Positions 1-7,235 of a stretch of DNA of 64,000 nt are shown here, in pieces. The translations under genes were made by a program, and so were the position numbers. The stretch is from an uncultured Gammaproteobacteria bacterium (GTDB taxonomy: Bacteria; Patescibacteriota; Patescibacteriia; UBA1558; GWA2-36-10), in contig CAZWYP010000003.1 in assembly GCA_964638415.1 (NCBI GenBank), forward strand, positions 86,334 to 150,333, read 5' to 3'. Each line of letters begins with the position of its first letter. Position 1 is the first letter of the stretch. The notes beneath the pieces are model-generated. The model had not been told where the DNA came from. It did not search any database and saw only the letters and a program-made list of their open reading frames with translations.

Positions 1-1249
1 TACCACCATGCGGCGGTACGCCATAGCTAAAAGCTTCAATGTAATGCTTAAATTGCTTCTTCTGTTCAGCAGTGAAGCCAATTAAATCCCAGATTTTTTC
101 TTGTAATTTGCTGTCGTGGATTCTCACTGCGCCACCGCCTACTTCAAAGCCGTTTAAAATCAAATCATGCTGGTAAGATCTGACCTTGCCTGGATCAGTA
201 TCCAATAGCGGAATATCTTCTTCCTTGGGGGCGGTAAACATATTATGCGACGGACCCCAGACTTTGCCGGCATAGTGGAATTTATCTTCCTCCGTCTGCT
301 TCATAAATAATGGAAAGTTAATTACCCAGGCAAAAGCCAGTTCATCCTTGTCATTCTTGTCTTTCCGCAAATCCGGCTTGTCATTGCCATATTGAGCCAT
401 CGCTTCCTCATAGTTCAGTCTGGGCCAGGGCGTCTGCATAATTCTTTTCTCCGGCCAGACTGCCTGCACCATCTTAGTCATCATATCCTCTACTAAGTTT
501 AAAATCTCTTCCTGGGTCATAAAAGACATCTCCATATCCAATTGGTAGAATTCTCCCGGTGAACGGTCAGCTCTGGCATCTTCATCTCTAAAGCAAGGTG
601 CAATCTGGAAATACTTTTCCAAGCCAGCCACCATTAAAAGCTGCTTGTATTGCTGTGGTGCTTGTGGCAAGGCAAAGAATTGGCCGGGATGCATTCGCGA
701 TGGTACTAAATAATCCCGTGCTCCTTCTGGCGTGGATTTGGATAGAATCGGCGTTTGTACTTCACAAAAGCCTTTATCACTCAAATAATTACGGAAGAAA
801 CGGATAGTTTCATGCCGCTTACGGATATTGCGTGCCATTCTTTCATGCCGTAAATCCAGATAGCGGTATTTTAATCTTAATTCTTCATTAGCCTGTCTTT
901 CCTCATTATCTATCTCAAAAGGTGGCGTTAAGCTTTCAGTAATAATCTCCAAATCTTTAGCCAGAATCTCAATATTACCGGTCAACTGATCTGGACGTTT
1001 CTGTTTTTCACCTCTAGCCTGGATAATACCAGTAATCTTCACCACAAACTCCGGTCTAACTTTGTCTAACAACTCTCTAGAATCTGCTGTCATTTCATCC
1101 GGCACGCAAACTACCTGGACAATGCCGGTAGAATCGCGTAATTCAATAAAAGCTAATTTTCCCATCCGGCGGTAAATATGCACCCAGCCTTTTAAAGTGA
1201 CAGCCGAACCAATTTCTAAACTAACTGTTTCTTTGACGTAGTTTTTCAT
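1..1249 (-). CDS. aspS: Aspartyl-tRNA synthetase, bacterial type; C-terminus lies beyond the window start
   Basis: The reverse-strand translation from ATG at 1249 reads MKNYVKETVSLEIGSAVTLKGW... It has a class II aaRS core (FRDE, GVPPHGG-like motifs) and a GAD-type insertion. The ORF stays open to position 1. Confidence 0.85.
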   Translation of the reverse strand, partial: MKNYVKETVSLEIGSAVTLKGWVHIYRRMGKLAFIELRDSTGIVQVVCVPDEMTADSRELLDKVRPEFVVKITGIIQARGEKQKRPDQLTGNIEILAKDLEIITESLTPPFEIDNEERQANEELRLKYRYLDLRHERMARNIRKRHETIRFFRNYLSDKGFCEVQTPILSKSTPEGARDYLVPSRMHPGQFFALPQAPQQYKQLLMVAGLEKYFQIAPCFRDEDARADRSPGEFYQLDMEMSFMTQEEILNLVEDMMTKMVQAVWPEKRIMQTPWPRLNYEEAMAQYGNDKPDLRKDKNDKDELAFAWVINFPLFMKQTEEDKFHYAGKVWGPSHNMFTAPKEEDIPLLDTDPGKVRSYQHDLILNGFEVGGGAVRIHDSKLQEKIWDLIGFTAEQKKQFKHYIEAFSYGVPPHGG

Positions 1250-1269
1250 TTTATTTCTTTAATTATTCG

Positions 1270-1346
1270 TGGAGCCACCCGCCGGAATCGAACCGGCGAC
1301 CCACGGTTTACGATACCGTTGCTCTACCAGCTGAGCTAGGGTGGCT
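1270..1346 (-). tRNA. tRNA-Thr (anticodon CGT), CCA encoded
   Basis: A cloverleaf can be drawn by hand with acceptor agccacc/ggtggct, D-arm agctcagctggtagagc, anticodon stem acggt/accgt with loop aTCGTaa, and T-arm gccggttcgattccggc. Confidence 0.8.
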
Positions 1347-1372
1347 AAACCCCATTTTTAATGGGGTAAAAT

Positions 1373-2662
1373 TTAAGGCTTTAATCTGTAAATCGTCCGG
1401 GGAAAAGGAATAGACTCTCTTACATGCTGCAAACCGCAGACCCAGGAAACAATTCTCTCCAAACCGAAACCAAATCCGCCATGGGGAACAGAACCATATT
1501 TTCTCAAGTCTAAATACCATTCAAATTCCTTAACCGGCAACTTATGCTCTTTAATTCTGCTTAACAAAGTATCGTAATCATCTTCACGCATGGAACCGCC
1601 AATAATCTCACCATAGCCTTCGGGAGCCAGTAAATCCGCACACTGTGCCCGATCCTTATCCTCCTCATCCCTCTTCATGTAAAAAGCTTTGACTTTAGCT
1701 GGATAGTGGGTAATAAAAATGGGATTGTCATACTCTTTAGTCAGCATCGTTTCATCTTCTGCTCCCAAATCATCATCTGCCTTAATCTTAGAACCAAGCT
1801 TATGCAATTTTTCCACTGCTGCCGCATGCGTTAAGCGGTAAAATGGCTTAGTAATATTCTCCAATGGCTTAATGTCTCTTTCTAATATTTTTAACTCCTC
1901 TTTATTCTCTGCCAACACTTTTTTGACCATGAATCTAATCAGCTCCTCCTGTACATCCATATTCTGCTGCAAATTAATAAACGCCATTTCCGCATCCATC
2001 ATCCAGAATTCTGTTAAGTGTCTCCTAGTCTTAGACTTTTCTGCTCGAAAAACCGGACCAAAGTCAAATACCCGGCCATGAGCGGCAATAGCTGCTTCCA
2101 GATATAGCTGTCCAGACTGGGATAGATAAGCGAAAGTATCAAAATATTTCAGCTTAAATAATTCTGTGGTGCCTTCACAGGCATTGGGAGTAAGAATAGG
2201 AGAATCTATTTTAATAAAATTATTTTCCTTCATGAATTCATAAGTAGCCAGGATTAAGGTATTGCGTACGCGTTGAATAGCCCATTGTTTAGCAGAACGT
2301 AGCCATAAATGCCGCTGATCCAGTAAAAAGTCTATGCCATGATCTTTCTTGCCAATGGGATACTCCTCAGCAATCTGGTAAAAAGAAAAATCTGAAACTT
2401 GAATTTCATATTCATTATTCTTGGGATGCTGGGAAACCTTGCCAATAATCTGCACTGAACTTTCTAAGCTGATTTGCTTAGCCTGCTCCCATTTATCTTC
2501 AGCTAGCTCGCTGGAACTTAAAATCGCCTGGGTAAATCCCGACCCATCTCTTAATTGCCAAAAGGCAATTTTGCCCGAAGAACGGAAATTATATACCCAA
2601 GCGTTAAGCTCTACTTCTTTGCCGACAAAATCGGCTAAATGTTTAATTAAAACTCTTTCCAT
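1373..2662 (-). CDS. asnS: Asparaginyl-tRNA synthetase (class IIb; a non-discriminating Asp/Asn-type enzyme cannot be excluded)
   Basis: The 429-aa product has an N-terminal OB fold and a class II core with FRAEKSKTRRHLTEFWMMDAEMAF and GGFGFGLERIV motifs. It is distinct from the bacterial-type AspRS immediately upstream. Confidence 0.8.
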   Translation of the reverse strand: MERVLIKHLADFVGKEVELNAWVYNFRSSGKIAFWQLRDGSGFTQAILSSSELAEDKWEQAKQISLESSVQIIGKVSQHPKNNEYEIQVSDFSFYQIAEEYPIGKKDHGIDFLLDQRHLWLRSAKQWAIQRVRNTLILATYEFMKENNFIKIDSPILTPNACEGTTELFKLKYFDTFAYLSQSGQLYLEAAIAAHGRVFDFGPVFRAEKSKTRRHLTEFWMMDAEMAFINLQQNMDVQEELIRFMVKKVLAENKEELKILERDIKPLENITKPFYRLTHAAAVEKLHKLGSKIKADDDLGAEDETMLTKEYDNPIFITHYPAKVKAFYMKRDEEDKDRAQCADLLAPEGYGEIIGGSMREDDYDTLLSRIKEHKLPVKEFEWYLDLRKYGSVPHGGFGFGLERIVSWVCGLQHVRESIPFPRTIYRLKP

Positions 2663-2696
2663 TTATTATGGTTATCATTAGAAATAATACCTAAAA

Positions 2697-2730
2697 TAAA
2701 GAAAAAAGTCTATACTGGAAAGTATAGACT
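2697..2730 (-). terminator. Rho-independent terminator downstream of the minus-strand tRNA cluster
   Basis: A perfect 10-bp stem agtctatact/agtatagact with a ggaa loop is followed on the minus strand by a T-run. Confidence 0.6.
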
Positions 2731-2734
2731 TATG

Positions 2735-2807
2735 AGGCGCCAGACGGAATCGAACCGCCGACTTCCGGATTTGCAGTCCGGCACTCTACCAACTGAGTTA
2801 TGACGCC
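2735..2807 (-). tRNA. tRNA-Cys (anticodon GCA)
   Basis: The acceptor is ggcgtca/tggcgcc and the D-arm is actcagttggtagagt. The anticodon stem ccgga/tccgg carries loop ctGCAaa. The T-arm is ggcggttcgattccgtc. Confidence 0.8.
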
Positions 2808-2816
2808 AATGAATTG

Positions 2817-2964
2817 CGCTGGAGGCAGGATTCGAACCTGCGGAGATGAATGATTCCAAGAAATCTTGGAGAAATCCGCCTGTGTTTATAGCTTCAGATT
2901 TCTTGGTCTCATATGCTCATCGTCGGGTGTCAGACCGATGCTTTTAGCCACTCAGCCACTCCAG
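2817..2964 (-). ncRNA. Aberrant 148-nt tRNA-like gene, class-II-like with a roughly 70-80-nt internal insertion; identity unresolved
   Basis: The 7-bp acceptor gctggag/ctccagc is perfect. The D-arm tggctgagtggctaaaagc resembles Ser/Leu-type arms and the T-arm gcaggttcgaatcctgc is canonical. Between the anticodon region and the T-arm lies a long insertion holding an 11-bp hairpin ccaagaaatct/agatttcttgg. No canonical 5-bp anticodon stem with a 7-nt loop could be drawn. Confidence 0.45.
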
Positions 2965-3072
2965 CAACTGATTAAGAACAAAAAAATAGACAAAAATTAT
3001 TCTAGCAAATTAATATTATTCTGTCAAGATAAAGACCGCCGTATTTAACGGCGGTCTTGTTTTGTCTATTAT

Positions 3073-4965
3073 TTATTCAGCAGGAAGTTCTACTGGAGTG
3101 CTGACTGGCTGCAATTGCACTACGCGCTGATTGACGGTCTGCACATCCTTAAAATCATAACCTAATGATTTAAAAGTTTCTTCATCCTTGATCCAGTGGC
3201 GCTTGCCTTCAGCAATGATATAAACTTGGGGATTTTCTACAGTCTTGACTAAAGTGCCGTCAGCTAATTTAACTGGCGCCTCATCTTTTAATTCCTCCAG
3301 AATTTCCGGTTTATTCTCTATCTTCACATCAGCATAGTTAATCTCCAATATTTTTTGATCAACAATTGGCTTTTTAACTTTCTTTTCTTTATCTACTAAG
3401 TAGACGCCGCCATTTTTGGCTTTAATTAGGCTCTCGGTAGTTTTTAAGCTGGGCGTTGGTTTAATTGACGGCTTTTCTTCCGGCTTGATCTCTGGCTTTT
3501 CTTCTTCCGGTTTCACTTGCTCATCATCTTCAAAAGTCTTAATACTTGCTGCTTCCGTTGCTCGGCAGGCAAAAGTCTGTCCGCCGGCATCATAGTAGGC
3601 ACCAAAACTTCTAGTCGCCCAATTCCCAATAATGGTGTTGCCGATAAACTCGGCAGATTTAGTGGCTGGATACCATTTCTGGCAGTATTTAACCGCATCA
3701 ATATTAGCTCCGCTCACGCCGTCAGGATCAGTGGTCCAGGCAGCATCAGCATTATTACTGGTATTAACCGGAGTATAATACTTATTCACTTTGCCATAAA
3801 AATAACTAATTGCTCCCAAATCTTTACTGGTAGGCATAGCGCCTAAACCGTTAGTCGGCGGCGTCATACAGGCAAAAGTCAACCAGCGGCCATTTTCCCT
3901 CGTACCGATATATTTATACCAAGCAGGCTTGTAAGATCGATTATCCATGCTCAAAGCCACATAGCTGCCAGGAAAATGGGTTTGGCAAGCCTGCAAAGCA
4001 TCGCTAGCCCTGGTTGGTTTGACCGTGCTGGTTTGCCAACTGCTTTCCCCAATAGCGCGGTATTTGGCGGGAATATTCTTTCTTAAAACTACATAACCTT
4101 TCACATCACCAGGTAAAATTGGCCAATACGGAGAAAAGTCAACAATTGGTGATTCGTAAATGGATTTATCGTAATAATAATATTCCGGCTGATTCAAAGC
4201 TTGTCCACTTTCAGTCGGTTTGTCTGTTGGTTTGGTGGTCGGCTTTTCTACTGGTTTAACATCTGGCTTAGTAGTGCTGGTTGCACACTTTACATATTCA
4301 TGCACATGATCAGTAAAATATGACCACATTCTTCTGGCTGTACCATCAGTGTTAACCTTAGCATCCAGATCATCCACTCCGGTGGTATACCACTGTGACC
4401 ATTCTCCACTCCACCAGCGAATGCGGTATTTAATAATTTCCGGATGAGCAGAAACATCTAAATGCAGATTCTCCCAATATTTATCCATAGTCGGCTTGGC
4501 AATAACGCTGGTGCATTGGCTACCATGATTTAAACTGTCATCACTTGGCTTAGTGCTATCATCATCTAAATCATTGTCATTCTCCGGCTTATTACTGTCA
4601 TCATCGCAGACAATTATTTCATGGGTATAGTCTGTAAAACGCGCCCAGAGCCGTCTTTGGCTGCCGTCAGCATTCTTCTGCCAGTCAATATCGTTAATGC
4701 CCGGCACATACCAGTCAGACCACTGGCCATTGTCTAATTTCACCCGATAAGCTTGGATATCATCGTGGCCGGAAACATCTAATCCCTTTTCCCAATCATC
4801 ATCCTTGGTGGGAGCAATAGTCTTGGTGACTGGATTCTGACACTCAACCGTAAGGTCGCTGCCTTCTTTAACACCCAAAACCGTCATTTCCTTAGCCTGT
4901 ACTTGCCAAGCTAAGAGGCTAATTAAGCCAAAAGCTAATAAGCCTATTAGTTTAAAATTGCGCAT
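3073..4965 (-). CDS. Large secreted hypothetical protein with two tandem ~70-aa internal repeats and Pro/Thr/Lys-rich linkers
   Basis: The 630-aa ORF starts with signal peptide MRNFKLIGLLAFGLISLLAWQVQA. It contains two paralogous segments (…QAYRVKLDNGQWSDWYVPGINDIDWQKNADGSQRRLWARFTDYTHEIIVCD / …IKYRIRWWSGEWSQWYTTGVDDLDAKVNTDGTARRMWSYFTDHVHEYVKCA) and PT-rich linkers. Confidence 0.6.
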   Translation of the reverse strand: MRNFKLIGLLAFGLISLLAWQVQAKEMTVLGVKEGSDLTVECQNPVTKTIAPTKDDDWEKGLDVSGHDDIQAYRVKLDNGQWSDWYVPGINDIDWQKNADGSQRRLWARFTDYTHEIIVCDDDSNKPENDNDLDDDSTKPSDDSLNHGSQCTSVIAKPTMDKYWENLHLDVSAHPEIIKYRIRWWSGEWSQWYTTGVDDLDAKVNTDGTARRMWSYFTDHVHEYVKCATSTTKPDVKPVEKPTTKPTDKPTESGQALNQPEYYYYDKSIYESPIVDFSPYWPILPGDVKGYVVLRKNIPAKYRAIGESSWQTSTVKPTRASDALQACQTHFPGSYVALSMDNRSYKPAWYKYIGTRENGRWLTFACMTPPTNGLGAMPTSKDLGAISYFYGKVNKYYTPVNTSNNADAAWTTDPDGVSGANIDAVKYCQKWYPATKSAEFIGNTIIGNWATRSFGAYYDAGGQTFACRATEAASIKTFEDDEQVKPEEEKPEIKPEEKPSIKPTPSLKTTESLIKAKNGGVYLVDKEKKVKKPIVDQKILEINYADVKIENKPEILEELKDEAPVKLADGTLVKTVENPQVYIIAEGKRHWIKDEETFKSLGYDFKDVQTVNQRVVQLQPVSTPVELPAE

Positions 4966-5120
4966 AAATTATATATTAATGCTTAACTTTTTACATTATA
5001 CCACAGATACTACCTTTAAAACACCTATAGCCAATGCTAAAACCTCTTGATTTTTTCTACCTTAAGTGTATACTTATGCCTGCCATAATTCTAACTAAGC
5101 AACCAAATAACAGAGGAACA

Positions 5121-6146
5121 ATGCCCCAACTGCTAAAACAACAAATTCTGGATATGAATGCTGCTAAATCCAAAGAATTTGTTGACAATATCAATCTACG
5201 ACGCACATATCGTGGCCAATACAAAACTCATTTGGCCGCTACCATGTGCATGGATGGACGAGTAAACGTCAGGCGAGCAGCCGGTCTTCCTTTTGGTATT
5301 GTTTATCCTTTCCGTAATATCGGCGGAAAGTATAATGTCGGTTGGCCCCTCATGCGTGATTCTCTTGATCAGTGGGCCGACCACGCTCATGGTAAATACC
5401 ATGAAGCGCTGCTGATGACCACCTACCACTGGTCAAAAACAGACGCACACCTTGGCTGCCGCGGTTTTAATTATGATCGGGACGCAGCTGTCGCTGGCAT
5501 CCGCCAATTTCGTGATCAAGTTGCCTCTTGCTATGGTAAACGCATTTGGCCAGTATTAGTCGGAATTGAAACCGACAGTGATGCCTTGATCTTCCATGGA
5601 CTCAATGGCGAAGTGCTGGATCTGCGCGAAGTTCCTTTGGATAATTTAGCTGCTTTTTTTGAAAAAAGATTAGCAGAAATGTATCCGGACTTTCCCGATG
5701 TTGTTCTTTCCGACATGATTCCCCTGCTCTTGGGCAATGTGAATCATCTGCGCAAAAACGGCAGTTCTCACCAGGAAAAATTCCTGGCTCACCGCGAAAG
5801 AGTATTAGCCATCGGCCAAGGCTTTGACTGGCTGGACAATGACAACTTTGCTTTAATCATTGGCCCTTGTGAGCCGGCATTAGACAATGCCATTGTAACT
5901 GCTGCTAGCATTCTACAGTCCAATGTCACTGAGGGTCGCATTGATGCCAATGAAAAAGGCGTTTTGCTAATTTCTACACCCTACCGTCGAAGTATCGACA
6001 GGCTGGCAGCTATTGAGCAGTCTCGCTATCTAGCGGAGTTTGCCATGAAACATATTGGTGAACAAATTCCGGAGATGAGAGACTTCTTTGATCCGCTGGT
6101 TACGATCATCAACCTTGATGACCGCCGGCTGGAAATCTGCGGCTAA
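5121..6146 (+). CDS. Hypothetical protein with beta-carbonic-anhydrase-like zinc-site motifs (CxDxR … HxxC); the gene is GC-rich
   Basis: The ORF starts at MPQLL with RBS gagga 6-10 nt upstream. The longer track start at 5034 is unlikely. Motifs CMDGR and HLGCRG are spaced about 67 aa apart, as in beta-CA. There is a TTGATT-N16-TATACT promoter-like element at 5047-5074. GC is about 50% against about 38% in neighbouring genes. Confidence 0.45.
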   Translation: MPQLLKQQILDMNAAKSKEFVDNINLRRTYRGQYKTHLAATMCMDGRVNVRRAAGLPFGIVYPFRNIGGKYNVGWPLMRDSLDQWADHAHGKYHEALLMTTYHWSKTDAHLGCRGFNYDRDAAVAGIRQFRDQVASCYGKRIWPVLVGIETDSDALIFHGLNGEVLDLREVPLDNLAAFFEKRLAEMYPDFPDVVLSDMIPLLLGNVNHLRKNGSSHQEKFLAHRERVLAIGQGFDWLDNDNFALIIGPCEPALDNAIVTAASILQSNVTEGRIDANEKGVLLISTPYRRSIDRLAAIEQSRYLAEFAMKHIGEQIPEMRDFFDPLVTIINLDDRRLEICG

Positions 6147-6210
6147 GCTGAAGCGCAAAAAAACAAGCGGTCCACTGTGATGGACTGCTTTTTCTTTTAA
6201 GATAATACTA

Positions 6211-6414
6211 TTATTTTCTATACTCTAAAATATCTCCGGGCTGACATTCCAAAGCCTGGCAAATAGCTGATAATGTAGAAAAACGAATTGCTTTGGCCTT
6301 CCCATTCTTTAATATGGAAATATTAGCCAGAGTAATACCGACTTTATCAGCAAGCTCGGTTACTCCCATTTTTCTTCTAGCCAGCATTACATCAATATTT
6401 ATGATAATCGCCAT
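6211..6414 (-). CDS. XRE/Cro-C1 family HTH transcriptional regulator (YozG-like)
   Basis: The 67-aa product carries an HTH (VTELADKVGITLANISILKNGKAKAIRFSTLSAICQAL). It is paired with an upstream small membrane protein, as in yozG-DUF2975 gene pairs. Confidence 0.7.
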   Translation of the reverse strand: MAIIINIDVMLARRKMGVTELADKVGITLANISILKNGKAKAIRFSTLSAICQALECQPGDILEYRK

Positions 6415-6423
6415 ATTATTTTT

Positions 6424-6903
6424 TTAAACCGTTAAATCGTTTTCAGACTTTAGATCTACGGCACTTTGTAAAAGTTTTTCAAAAACAGCAGCGGCAGTAG
6501 TTACGACAATAGCAATAAAAGTAATAATAATGCCTAAGGAAATAGGACCAGTAATATCATCATTACCATGCCAAGTAACAATAAGATAAGCTTCTCCTAA
6601 TACAATAAAGCCAATTATCGCTAGCGCACAATATTTTATCGCCCTCAAAGATCTGATAGAGTTTAGTGAAAATACTTTATTCTGCTTAATATATCCTAAT
6701 AATCTAAATGCCTGGTAAAGAGCAGCAAAAAAAGGAATAGAAGCTATATACATATACACAATAACTGGATCAAAATAAATTTGAATCAAGTCTAAATTAA
6801 CCGCTCTGCCTTCAGTTAAGGGAAATCTAATAAGGCCTATTAATACCACGGCCCCAATGAATAAAATTACTATTTTTAGAAATATTACTGAGCCTTTTTT
6901 CAT
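6424..6903 (-). CDS. Small polytopic membrane protein (DUF2975-like partner of the XRE regulator)
   Basis: The 159-aa product has 4 predicted TM helices. It lies 9 bp upstream of the HTH gene in the same orientation. Confidence 0.5.
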   Translation of the reverse strand: MKKGSVIFLKIVILFIGAVVLIGLIRFPLTEGRAVNLDLIQIYFDPVIVYMYIASIPFFAALYQAFRLLGYIKQNKVFSLNSIRSLRAIKYCALAIIGFIVLGEAYLIVTWHGNDDITGPISLGIIITFIAIVVTTAAAVFEKLLQSAVDLKSENDLTV

Positions 6904-6985
6904 AATTATTATTTAAATTATTAATAATTACACTATAGCTTATCTCTTATCGTTTGTCAATATATTTTTATTGTTTATAATTTCT

Positions 6986-7060
6986 TGGCTCCGGGGGCTG
7001 GATTCGAACCAGCGGTATCTGCATTAACAGTGCAGCGTTGTACCACTCAACTACCCCGGA
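6986..7060 (-). tRNA. tRNA-Asn (anticodon GTT), CCA encoded
   Basis: The acceptor is tccgggg/ccccgga and the D-stem is gttg/caac. The anticodon stem ctgca/tgcag carries loop ctGTTaa. The T-arm is gctggttcgaatccagc. Confidence 0.85.
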
Positions 7061-7235
7061 ATAAAGAAAAACCGATCATACTGACCGGTTTTTTATTAAA
7101 TAAAGTGAATTTTATATATATAAAATTGCCGGTCAAATCAATCGGTTATTATTGTAATTATTATTCAATTTGGCAATTAATATCTGCATATATTTATATA
7201 TAAACATAAGTTAGTAGATTTGTCAAAAAGACAAA

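Noticed and set aside
598-807. 69-aa + strand ORF
   Set aside because: It lies entirely antisense within the well-supported aspS coding region.
2817-2964. tmRNA (ssrA) interpretation of the aberrant tRNA-like element
   Set aside because: It is far too short (148 nt against about 350 nt). It has a complete D-arm, and it lacks a recognisable tag-reading frame or pseudoknots.
5034-5120. Upstream extension of the beta-CA-like ORF (track start at 5034)
   Set aside because: No RBS is present there. The internal ATG at 5121 has a good SD (gagga), and the promoter-like -35/-10 falls inside the extension.
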